Part shown: piece after piece, positions 1 through 7,847 of the stretch
Numbering within the stretch: the stretch's first letter is position 1
Layout of the letters: each line of letters starts with the position of its first letter
Source of the DNA: a virus
Lineage: Duplodnaviria; Caudoviricetes
Virus record (IMG/VR): IMGVR_UViG_3300049847_000386
Span: 1-52,097 of that record
Strand: one strand, 5' to 3'
DNA length: 52,097 nt
Program-made: the position numbers and the translations under genes
The notes under the pieces: generated by a model
Database searches by the model: none
The model's input: only the letters and a program-made list of their open reading frames with translations
What the model was told of the DNA's origin: nothing

Positions 1-127
1 TGGACCATCAGCTCGCGGTCCTTGTCGGGTTGCTCGAGGACCTCGAGGCGGGCGGTCTGGTTCTGGAGGATCGCCAGCGCCGGTTCCACGTCGGCCGTGT
101 ATTCGGCCTCGCGCGATCCGGTGTCGA
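1..127. repeat. Terminal direct repeat (copy 1), assembly circularisation overlap
   Basis: Bases 1-127 are identical to 51971-52097; a 127-nt overlap is typical of a k=127 assembly of a circular or permuted genome. Confidence 0.95.
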
Positions 128-203
128 TCCAAATGTTCACGATCTCCTCTTTCACTTCGCGGAGGAGGGCAGCATCGATGTTGCCCAAGGTAGGAGTGCT
201 CAT
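1..203 (-). CDS. Major capsid protein, 5' part (continues at 51970 down to 51142)
   Basis: ATG at 203 gives MSTPTLGNIDAALLREVKEEIVNIWIDTGSREAEYTADVEPALAIL..., in frame with ORF 51142..52059 across the junction (343 aa total). It directly follows the scaffold-like gene. Confidence 0.75.
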   Translation of the reverse strand, partial: MSTPTLGNIDAALLREVKEEIVNIWIDTGSREAEYTADVEPALAILQNQTARLEVLEQPDKDRELMV

Positions 204-224
204 GGCACGTTAGGGGTTAGGGGG

Positions 225-1169
225 TTAAAGGATCCCCGCCTCCTTGGCTGACGCTTTGAGCGCGGCCCACTTCTCGGCGCGGACCTTCAGGTCCTTCTCT
301 TCGCTTTCGATGCGGCCCCACTCACGCACATAGTCAGCCTTGTTGGCGAGCTTGGCTGATGCGCCCCTGTCGCTGTCGCCCCCTTTGACCTTGCCCGGGG
401 CGGTGCCGGCAGATCGGTCCTCGGACTGGTGAAGGTCGAAACGCTCGGTGACCAGTGCTCGGATGTACTCCTTGAACGGGATGGCGTGGCCGTGGTTGTC
501 CTCCAGCCTCTTCTGCCCGTCAGGCGACATCGGCACGATCTCCATCGTTCCGTCCTTCTCGCTGACCTTGAACTTTCCGCTTCGCACCTTCTCCAGGAAG
601 TCGCGCTTCTGATTCGCAGCCACCCGCGCGTCCTTGGACAGCACTGGTCGCAGCTCATCGAAAAGCACCTCGGCCTCGGATGCAACAACGCCTTGGTGGC
701 GCTGCTCTTCGAATACGCCCCTCAGTTCTGCCTCCTTCGCTTGCACGGCCTCCTCGATGGCCTTGGGAAGGTTTGCGACCTGCTGCTCCTTCTCGAGGAA
801 CAGCGGATGCACCTTCACCTTGTCATCGATTGAGCCAGTTGCGGCCTTGAGCTTGTCCGCGATGATCGCGTCAATGAGCTCCTTGCCCTGCTTGGTGGCG
901 TCCTTGTAGCCGTATTCAGTCCTCAAGGTCTTCTCCAGGTCCTCGAGCGCCTTGCGCTTTCCGAACCCGAGATACTCGTCCTTGATCTTCTGCACATCCG
1001 CTGGTTCCCCCTTCAGGGTGGCCACCCTGGTCTGGTCCAGCTTGAGCAGCTCATCAAGAGCTTCGTCCTTGAATGACCCATCCGGTTGTTGAAGTCCGGC
1101 AACTCCCTGTTCGTCCAGTTTGTAGGCACTGGACAGAAGCCCCACGAGAATGTCTTTGGCGTCTGCCAT
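225..1169 (-). CDS. Putative capsid scaffolding protein
   Basis: 314 aa, charged and coiled-coil-like with a Gly-rich linker near the C-terminus; immediately upstream of the MCP. Confidence 0.6.
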   Translation of the reverse strand: MADAKDILVGLLSSAYKLDEQGVAGLQQPDGSFKDEALDELLKLDQTRVATLKGEPADVQKIKDEYLGFGKRKALEDLEKTLRTEYGYKDATKQGKELIDAIIADKLKAATGSIDDKVKVHPLFLEKEQQVANLPKAIEEAVQAKEAELRGVFEEQRHQGVVASEAEVLFDELRPVLSKDARVAANQKRDFLEKVRSGKFKVSEKDGTMEIVPMSPDGQKRLEDNHGHAIPFKEYIRALVTERFDLHQSEDRSAGTAPGKVKGGDSDRGASAKLANKADYVREWGRIESEEKDLKVRAEKWAALKASAKEAGIL

Positions 1170-1172
1170 GGT

Positions 1173-1433
1173 TCACATTTGAGCAGGCTTCGCGCCTGCG
1201 GGTTTGCTCTCCTTGAGGCCGTCAGCGATGGCCTTATCCGCCGCATCCCGAGCGCCCTTGCGGATCTCGTCGGGGATGAACGTCGGCTGCTCCGGGTCGA
1301 TCACCTTGCGGCGGTCGAGGATGCTGTAGCGCGATTCCCAGCCCTGCGCCTTGATCTTGTCCCAGCCCTCGGGGCTGATATCGTAGACCTTGGTGGTCTT
1401 GATGTTCTGGATGCGGATCAGTTCCATGGTCAC
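1173..1433 (-). CDS. Hypothetical protein, partial paralog of 1430..2071
   Basis: 86 aa; shares PTFIP(D/K)EI and a similar N-terminal pattern with the upstream gene; start overlaps the upstream stop. Confidence 0.7.
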   Translation of the reverse strand: MTMELIRIQNIKTTKVYDISPEGWDKIKAQGWESRYSILDRRKVIDPEQPTFIPDEIRKGARDAADKAIADGLKESKPAGAKPAQM

Positions 1434-2071
1434 GCCTTTTTGGCCATCAGTTCATTGGCCGCCTCCTTCCACTTGGGAACGACGGCCTTCTTTGCTCCCA
1501 GACCAGCGGCATCGAGCGCCTTTTCGATCTCCGCAATGGAGGCATCGGCGAGCTTGGCATAGGTGGTGATGCCAATGGAGCGCAGCGCCTCGATGGACTT
1601 CACGCTGGTGTGCGGCACCTTGGTCATGTCGTCGGCCGCCTGGGCGGGCTCATCTTGAGCAGCCACAGGAGCGGCCTGGGCGGGTTGGGCCTTGGCGACG
1701 GGGGCGGGAGGCGCTTCTTGGGCTGGTTCCGGGGCCGCTTCGGGCTTCGATGGCACCGTGAAGCCTTCGTCCTTCAGTACGTCCTCCGTTGTCACGGTGG
1801 CGCCAGCGATCGCGCTTGCTTCCTGCGCCTTCATCTTGGCGGCCTCCTCGATCTCCTTGGGGATGAAGGTAGGGCCTGCTGGGCCTGCCACTTTCACCGC
1901 GCCGGCCTTCGCGGAGGCTTTCGCTTCCCCCGCGGTCATGCTCTTCAAGAAGGTGTAGCCCTTGCGCTTGTTGCCCTGCTCCTTTGAGGACTTCATCAGG
2001 TCCCAGATGCGCTCGGTCACCTCCTTCTGCTGACCCTTAGCGTTCACGATCAGAATTGTGTTCTCGGCCAT
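1430..2071 (-). CDS. Protein with Ala/Pro-rich linker and C-terminal helix-hairpin-helix-like domain
   Basis: Start taken at MAENT (2071), downstream of a TACATTCG promoter-like motif; DDMTKVPHTSVKSIEALRSIGITTYAKLA resembles HhH/DUF4332-type domains. Confidence 0.6.
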   Translation of the reverse strand: MAENTILIVNAKGQQKEVTERIWDLMKSSKEQGNKRKGYTFLKSMTAGEAKASAKAGAVKVAGPAGPTFIPKEIEEAAKMKAQEASAIAGATVTTEDVLKDEGFTVPSKPEAAPEPAQEAPPAPVAKAQPAQAAPVAAQDEPAQAADDMTKVPHTSVKSIEALRSIGITTYAKLADASIAEIEKALDAAGLGAKKAVVPKWKEAANELMAKKA

Positions 2072-2092
2072 GCGTGATGTTTTGGAATGCGG

Positions 2093-2100
2093 CGAATGTA
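2093..2100 (-). promoter_or_regulatory. Promoter-like -7 element variant TACATTCG
   Basis: The same octamer lies in three intergenic gaps (2093, 2896, 5900), each about 20 nt upstream of a start codon; one mismatch to the Bacteroidota TAnnTTTG consensus. Confidence 0.5.
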
Positions 2101-2115
2101 TGAACGAAATGTTCT

Positions 2116-2146
2116 GAAAATGCAAGAGGCCCCACAAGGGGGCCTC
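2116..2146 (-). terminator. Rho-independent terminator
   Basis: Minus strand GAGGCCCC-CTTGT-GGGGCCTC followed by TTGCATTTTC, just after the stop at 2168. Confidence 0.6.
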
Positions 2147-2167
2147 CGCATCGGATGGTCAGATCGC

Positions 2168-2506
2168 TCAGGCGCGAGGCTCGTCCCCGAGCTCGCGGGC
2201 GTCCGCACTCACGGCTTCCGCCGCGTTGTAGACGTCGATGGCCAGCCAGAACACAACCTCCCGGTTTGCGCTCTGCAGCTGGATCTCGCCCTTACCAACC
2301 GCCGTCGCCTTGACGCGCGCAGACAGCCCTGTGGTTGCCTCCCGCACGTCCGTGATGGCATCGCCAATGGTAGACCAGCGCAGCGCCTCGGCGCCTTCCT
2401 CGACTTGCTCCAGAACGATGTCGAAGGTCTGGTCAAGGGCAACGCGCACCTCCTGCGTGCTGCTCTGCACGAAGGCCACGTTGCTGAAGGTGAGCTTCGC
2501 TACCAT
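2168..2506 (-). CDS. Small beta-rich virion-associated (decoration-like) protein
   Basis: Real gene is MVAKLTFSNV... (112 aa), the C-terminal part of the spurious 522-aa ORF; ends AEAVSADARELGDEPRA. Confidence 0.55.
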   Translation of the reverse strand: MVAKLTFSNVAFVQSSTQEVRVALDQTFDIVLEQVEEGAEALRWSTIGDAITDVREATTGLSARVKATAVGKGEIQLQSANREVVFWLAIDVYNAAEAVSADARELGDEPRA

Positions 2507-2508
2507 GG

Positions 2509-2874
2509 TCAGGCGCGGGGTTCGTCGGCGACCTCGCGGGCATCGAACACGATGGCCTCGGCGGGCAGCGTGGTGGTGGTGATCACCAGCTCCAGCTTGT
2601 TCACCTCCTCGCCCACGCGGGTGTCGATGAAGGCGCGCGTGGTGCTCGTGCTGGGCAGGTCCGTTGCACTCGCGTCGGACTTCACCACGATCTGCATGCC
2701 GCTCGGGTCGGCTGCGGTGTCGACGGAAACCTCCGCATTGCCCACCTCGTTCGCGATGCCTTGCACCCCGCCATCCGTTACGGCCGGGTTGCCCAGGCTG
2801 TCGCGGAAGTTCTCGAGCTGAAAGCGTTTCTGGCGGTCCTGACGGACCACGGTATTGATGAAGATCTCTGCCAT
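2509..2874 (-). CDS. Small beta-rich virion-associated (decoration-like) protein
   Basis: 121 aa in the head module; ends AEAIVFDAREVADEPRA. Confidence 0.55.
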   Translation of the reverse strand: MAEIFINTVVRQDRQKRFQLENFRDSLGNPAVTDGGVQGIANEVGNAEVSVDTAADPSGMQIVVKSDASATDLPSTSTTRAFIDTRVGEEVNKLELVITTTTLPAEAIVFDAREVADEPRA

Positions 2875-2895
2875 GTTGTTGGGTTTTATGTGGCG

Positions 2896-2903
2896 CGAAT
2901 GTA
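2896..2903 (-). promoter_or_regulatory. Promoter-like -7 element variant TACATTCG
   Basis: Intergenic, 21 nt upstream of the ATG at 2874. Confidence 0.5.
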
Positions 2904-2916
2904 ACAGCGTCCGCGA

Positions 2917-3849
2917 TCACTCCTTCCGCTTTTCGACGAGGGGCTTCAGGTCCGGCCTCAATGCGAATGCGGTCTGCTCGTCGACGTACATGATCCGGTG
3001 GCGGCAGTTCCAACGGCCCCGGTCCTCCAGCGGGTTGTAGTCGTCGGGCGGACCACCCGCCTCCTTCTCCGACTTGGTGAGCGGGAGAGTGCTGTCCTTG
3101 GGCCAGTCGCGCTTCGCTTCCTCCGTGGTGTAGACCTTGTTGTTGCGCGCCTTGCAGAAGGGCCTGCTGGTTTCGATCAGGCCCCCGCTGTAGATGAAGT
3201 ATCGCAGCCCAAGGCGCTCGGCGAAGGCGTTGTGAATGATGCTGTCCGCGACCTGGTACGTGTCCAGAACGAAGCCCCCGATGTGGCGCTCCAGCACGCC
3301 GCTGGTGTTCTTCGTGCCCTGCACCTTCAGCTTCAACGCGCGCTCGAGCTTGCGCATGGGCACGCCAGCGCTCACGGCCTTGGCCACCATCTTCTTGATC
3401 TCGTCCCGGGCGTTCCGGTTGCGCACCAGGTCGTCGAGGTAGCCTTTGCGCATCACCTTGCCGTCCGGATCGATGCCGAGGCGCTTGCGCATGGCTGCGT
3501 CCGCCGCCGCCTTCAGGGCCCCGATGTCCTTGCCCTTTGCCAGTGGAACGAACTGCTCGGTGGATGCCGCCAGAACGCGCTGCATGTCGGACGCTGTGTT
3601 CTGCACAAACTCCCCCAGGTGCTCGGCCTCGATGGCGTCGAACACCTGGTCGATGGCCTTGGCCAGACTGACAAATCCCTTTCTGCTGGTGATCCGTCCG
3701 CCGTCGCTGGATAGCTCCTCCACCATGCGCACCCACACCTTGTCGAACAGGGCGCGCTCGACGGCGTTCAGCTCCTTCAGGCGCTTCTTCTGCCGGTCAT
3801 CGAGCAGCCTGTCCGCTGCCTTTGCTGCTTTGCGAATCTTGGCGATCAC
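2917..3849 (-). CDS. Minor head / head morphogenesis protein (MuF / minor capsid-like)
   Basis: Follows the portal; C-terminal SRPFC...GRWNCRH motifs are typical of MuF/SPP1 gp7-like proteins. Confidence 0.75.
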   Translation of the reverse strand: MIAKIRKAAKAADRLLDDRQKKRLKELNAVERALFDKVWVRMVEELSSDGGRITSRKGFVSLAKAIDQVFDAIEAEHLGEFVQNTASDMQRVLAASTEQFVPLAKGKDIGALKAAADAAMRKRLGIDPDGKVMRKGYLDDLVRNRNARDEIKKMVAKAVSAGVPMRKLERALKLKVQGTKNTSGVLERHIGGFVLDTYQVADSIIHNAFAERLGLRYFIYSGGLIETSRPFCKARNNKVYTTEEAKRDWPKDSTLPLTKSEKEAGGPPDDYNPLEDRGRWNCRHRIMYVDEQTAFALRPDLKPLVEKRKE

Positions 3850-5879
3850 TGGCCTGATGGGGGATCAGCAGGTGGATCGTTCGGGTTGGGGTCTCCGTTC
3901 CCGGCGCCGCCATTCCCTCCAGCATCCCCGGCAACGCCCAAGGTCGGACGAGCAGCGTTGGCCTCCGCGGCTGCAGCGTCCAGCTCGTCCACGATCTCCG
4001 CAACGATGGCGTCGATGATCTCCTGCTGCTTATCGCGCGTCAGCTCGTAGAAGTCCAGGTTGTCGGCACCCGCCCGCTCTTCGGCCTCCCGGAAGACGTA
4101 GCCCATGTTGGTCCATAACACAGCCAGGTCCTGGGTGGTGCGGTCTTGGCTGATGAGCTGCAAGCACGTGCCCTCCTCCTTGCCCGCGAATGGGTCGAAG
4201 GACAGCATGCACTTGGCCCGCTTCAGCGCGCGCTCGTCGTCCACGTAGAGGTGCTCGATCAGGTCAGAATCCACCTGCATCAGCATGGCCCCGGATAGCC
4301 CAGCCTCCTTCATCGCCTTTCGGAGCGCCACCATGTCGTTGGTGGTTTCGAAGCGCAGGTTGCGGGGGAACTGGTGGGCCAGCTCCAGCTTCTTCGCCTT
4401 GTCGCTTCCGATGCCGAAGGTGGCCGTCAGGCGGTAGACCTTCATGCGGACCATGCTCCACCAATCCACCGCAGGGCGGATGGCATCGTAGACGCTCTGC
4501 ATGTCGATCAGCTCGCCCGTGGCCGTGGACTGCAATTGGTCCTGCCGGAAGCGCTCTGTGTTGTAGACGGCCCGGTAGCACTTGGCCTCGAGCTTGTCCA
4601 CGTACCCGTCCTGCCAATTGAGAACCTCCACGGGTAGCTGGACGTAGTGCACCAAGTTCGCCAGCTCCAGAAACTCCTCCTTCGTGCGCGGGAGGCGCAG
4701 GGTCATGTGGTCCTGGGCGCTGCTGATAACATCCCAGCCCGATCCGCCGCACTGCTGGCACTTGCGCGAGGTGCCCTGCTCAAAGCCGTTGAGGCAGTCC
4801 CACTTCCGGCCATCCACGTCGGTGTGGCCCTTGCATGGGTTGGCATACTGGATCTTCTGCAGGAAGGCATGCAGCGCCGCGGTGATGTCCAGCTCGCTGC
4901 CCGCCTTGATGCCCTTGAGCATGTACGGCAGGGCCGCGTGCCAGAAGTTCACGCAGGTGCGGCCGCTGGTCACGGGATCGGCGATGTATCCGATGCGGAA
5001 CGCCTGCACCTCGCCGCTCTTCTGCTCAAAGAAGCGGACCTCGTACAGCTCCACCTTGCTGACGCGGTAGAAGTACGCCTTCTCCGTGTCGAACTTCACG
5101 CCGCTGGCATCCTCGGGCACGGGCTTGCCCTTGGCATCCACAAGCACGCTCTCCATGCTCGTGGGCGCGTTGGCCGGGTCGGTCTGGATGAACTCCACCT
5201 GGTGGTCACGCAGGTACATGCAGAACCAGTTGCCATCCATCATCACCATTTCCGGGGCCTTGCCCGTTGCCTTGCCGGGAGCCTTCGTCTTCGCATCGGG
5301 CTCCTTGCGGGCATTGTACTTCATCGGGCGGTGCACCAGCAGCCAGCGCAGGTCTCCGTTCACGATCTCGAAGTTCCACGCGTCCGTGCTGGACACTATG
5401 GTCGGGTAGACGGTGGGCTTCTCCGTGCGCGGGTCGAACTTGTCGAAGGTCACCAGGCAGAACGCGTTGGGGTCGATGGCGCCTTGGTCCAGCAGCACCG
5501 AACCGAGGAAGTGGTCCACGCTCTTGCCGTTGTAGAAGTTCTGCACCATGCGGCGCAGCTCCTCGTTGTCGGTCTTCGCCTCGGTGCCGAAGTCCGCGCG
5601 GTCGGTCACTGGCTTCACCGCGGGCAGCTTGCGCAGCGGCCCCATGATGGTGTTGTGGATGGCCGGGGTGATAACCTGCGTGAGCCGAAGGCGCTGCTGG
5701 TACGCCGCATCGTCCTCCCTGCGCGTGAAGCGCTGCAGCAGGTGCCCGATGTCCTTGCCCGTGATCAGCGGCTTGTATAACTTCTGCGAGAGATCGACCA
5801 CGTGGTCGTAGTCCTCGTGCTTGAGCTTGCCGTCGATGTTGCGGAGCGCGATCGTGAGGCCCTTCTGCAGCGTGGTCAT
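3846..5879 (-). CDS. Portal protein with Cys-rich Zn-finger-like insertion
   Basis: 677 aa from MTTLQKG, between TerL and the minor head gene; contains CKGH..DCLNG..CQQCGGSG. The ORF-track extension to 6458 overlaps TerL and is spurious. Confidence 0.75.
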   Translation of the reverse strand: MTTLQKGLTIALRNIDGKLKHEDYDHVVDLSQKLYKPLITGKDIGHLLQRFTRREDDAAYQQRLRLTQVITPAIHNTIMGPLRKLPAVKPVTDRADFGTEAKTDNEELRRMVQNFYNGKSVDHFLGSVLLDQGAIDPNAFCLVTFDKFDPRTEKPTVYPTIVSSTDAWNFEIVNGDLRWLLVHRPMKYNARKEPDAKTKAPGKATGKAPEMVMMDGNWFCMYLRDHQVEFIQTDPANAPTSMESVLVDAKGKPVPEDASGVKFDTEKAYFYRVSKVELYEVRFFEQKSGEVQAFRIGYIADPVTSGRTCVNFWHAALPYMLKGIKAGSELDITAALHAFLQKIQYANPCKGHTDVDGRKWDCLNGFEQGTSRKCQQCGGSGWDVISSAQDHMTLRLPRTKEEFLELANLVHYVQLPVEVLNWQDGYVDKLEAKCYRAVYNTERFRQDQLQSTATGELIDMQSVYDAIRPAVDWWSMVRMKVYRLTATFGIGSDKAKKLELAHQFPRNLRFETTNDMVALRKAMKEAGLSGAMLMQVDSDLIEHLYVDDERALKRAKCMLSFDPFAGKEEGTCLQLISQDRTTQDLAVLWTNMGYVFREAEERAGADNLDFYELTRDKQQEIIDAIVAEIVDELDAAAAEANAARPTLGVAGDAGGNGGAGNGDPNPNDPPADPPSGQ

Positions 5880-5899
5880 TTCATGGAGCGGATGTGGTG

Positions 5900-5907
5900 C
5901 GAATGTA
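5900..5907 (-). promoter_or_regulatory. Promoter-like -7 element variant TACATTCG
   Basis: Lies in the short TerL-portal gap. Confidence 0.5.
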
Positions 5908-5911
5908 TGCG

Positions 5912-7456
5912 CTACCGACGAACGAAGTGCGCGAACTCTTCGGGGAACAGCGCCACGGTCAGGTAGTAGTGCGCCTGCATGCAGTGGCCGTACTTCTCGT
6001 ATCGCACGCCCGTGGCGCGGTCCTTCTCGTACACCTTCAAGATCCCGCCATCGGCTGCCTCCTTCACGTAGACCATGTCCTGCAGCGTGTTGATCATCCC
6101 CGGGTCGAAGGTGACCCAGCACTTGAGCTTCCCGTTCAGGTAGCTGTTGCAGAAGTCGCGCACGATGCCGTGGTTGGGGTTGCGGCGGATCACGCGCATG
6201 GAGTAGTTGTGCAGCCAGGGCGCCAGCTCGCGCTCGATCATGTCGTAGTTGTGGAAGATGCCGTCCACCACCACAGACTGGCGGTTCTTGCCGCTGGCGT
6301 CCCCGTAGACGTAGCATCCGGCAGCGTGCCCGGCGTAGCGCCCATCGCGCAGCTCGTGGGCCAGTGCGCGGCAAACGGCCTCGGGGTGGCTCTCCGGGTG
6401 CTTCAGGCATAGCTCCTGCAGGAAGTGGCAATGCCAGCGCCCGTCCTCCATGGGCCACGCCTGGGCAACGAGGCAGGTGATGTACGGGTGCGCGTTGAAG
6501 TCGAAGGTGAAGTGCAGGGCCAGATCCGGCCGGTACTGGTTGCGCTCCACGTGCTTGTTGGACCGGAAGGCATGCAGGAACTCCTTACCTGTGCGCGGCT
6601 GGATGAGCCAGTCGCCGAACAGCAGGCGGGCCTTCTGGTATTCGTCGTCCAGTAGCTCCAGCTGCCTGCGGTAGCTGGCAACGTGCGCCTTGTCCGGGTT
6701 GTCATCCAGCAGCATCAGCACCTTGCCCATGTGCGGGGGCAGCTCCACCGGGGAGCCGTCCTCGTTGAATACGAACCGGCGCTTCGTCCAGTAATCGCCA
6801 GGGTTGCCTGTGAGCAGGAGCTTCGGCACCAGCCCCTTGGTCCACGTTCCACACTTGTAGCATGACCAGAGCACAGGAAGCCCGGTCTCCTCGTCGATGT
6901 CCACCACGGGGCTCAACTCGGCCATCCGATCGGCCGCGCAGCTGTGGCAGAAGTCGGTCAGGCGATAACGCAGGCGGCTGGCCAGCACGTCCACAGCGAC
7001 CTCCTCCACCTCGTTGGCCTCGTCCACCCCTGCCCGGGTGTATGCCCGACCGCCGAGCCGGGAGTAGTTCGGGTCCCGGGGAAGGTAGGCGAGGTAATCA
7101 AACTGCGTGGTGCTGCCGTTGCACCACGCCACGATGTTCTTGCTCTCGTTGAACGTATAGTGCCGCCCAGGCACCAGCCTCGCCTTGTCGCACACTTCGA
7201 AGAAGGTGACCATGGTGGACTTCCGCAGGTTCTCGGCCGTGGACCTGAACAGCGCCCCAGCCGTGCCCGCAAAGCGCAGCGCCGAGACCACCTCGTAGAG
7301 CACCATGTTGAAGGTCTTTCCCGGGCCGGCCGAACCGCCAGAGAACAGCAGACGGTGCTGCTGGTCGTGCAGGAGGTGCCACAGCTCGGAAGCTCGCTTG
7401 CCGAGGGGCTTGATGCCGTTCTGTGGCCCAACGAAGACCGCCTCCCTATCCGCCAT
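5912..7456 (-). CDS. terL: Terminase large subunit
   Basis: Walker A GGSAGPGKT, Walker B AGVDEANE, coupling motif LLTGNP, RNase H-like nuclease motifs FTFDFN and YGDASG. Confidence 0.93.
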   Translation of the reverse strand: MADREAVFVGPQNGIKPLGKRASELWHLLHDQQHRLLFSGGSAGPGKTFNMVLYEVVSALRFAGTAGALFRSTAENLRKSTMVTFFEVCDKARLVPGRHYTFNESKNIVAWCNGSTTQFDYLAYLPRDPNYSRLGGRAYTRAGVDEANEVEEVAVDVLASRLRYRLTDFCHSCAADRMAELSPVVDIDEETGLPVLWSCYKCGTWTKGLVPKLLLTGNPGDYWTKRRFVFNEDGSPVELPPHMGKVLMLLDDNPDKAHVASYRRQLELLDDEYQKARLLFGDWLIQPRTGKEFLHAFRSNKHVERNQYRPDLALHFTFDFNAHPYITCLVAQAWPMEDGRWHCHFLQELCLKHPESHPEAVCRALAHELRDGRYAGHAAGCYVYGDASGKNRQSVVVDGIFHNYDMIERELAPWLHNYSMRVIRRNPNHGIVRDFCNSYLNGKLKCWVTFDPGMINTLQDMVYVKEAADGGILKVYEKDRATGVRYEKYGHCMQAHYYLTVALFPEEFAHFVRR

Positions 7457-7847
7457 CGGGTGAAGGCGGCATCACCTGCACGATGATCGTCGGCGTATCG
7501 CTGGTCACCGTCGCGGCCATGTCGACCTGCTGCTTCGCCTTGCCGTGCGCCCGGTCCATCATGGTCTGCACCACCTCAAAGCCCTTGGGCGAGAGCATCG
7601 ACTTCCCCACGATGCGAACGCTCATCGGCATGGAGCTGTCGGCCACCAGCTTCTTGACCTCCTCCTCGGGCAGGTTGAGCATCACCTCGAAGGCCTCCAC
7701 CACGGTGAGCCCATCGGCTCGCTCGTAGCCCGCGTTCTTGAGCTCCAGCACCAGTGAGCGGAGGAGCTTCCGAGGACGCCCCTTGGGGTTGCCGGATTGG
7801 CCCTTTTTCCAGGGCGTGCTGCCGGGGATGGGGTTGGGTCTGGTCAT
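7446..7847 (-). CDS. terS: Terminase small subunit (DUF5681-like)
   Basis: WKKGQSGNPKGRP motif; directly upstream of TerL. Confidence 0.75.
   Translation of the reverse strand: MTRPNPIPGSTPWKKGQSGNPKGRPRKLLRSLVLELKNAGYERADGLTVVEAFEVMLNLPEEEVKKLVADSSMPMSVRIVGKSMLSPKGFEVVQTMMDRAHGKAKQQVDMAATVTSDTPTIIVQVMPPSPDGG

Noticed and set aside
1-127. Biological terminal repeat or attL/attR
   Set aside because: The length matches a common assembler k-mer and it falls inside the MCP gene, so it is best explained as a circularisation overlap.
2168-3736. 522-aa ORF overlapping the minor head gene
   Set aside because: Only the last 112 codons look like protein; the rest is an off-frame read of real genes. 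The same applies to the extensions of 3846..6458, 11886..13328, 12545..13717 and 30322..31470.
6835-6960. Intein in TerL
   Set aside because: The insertion is too short and has no His-Asn/Cys-type splice junction.
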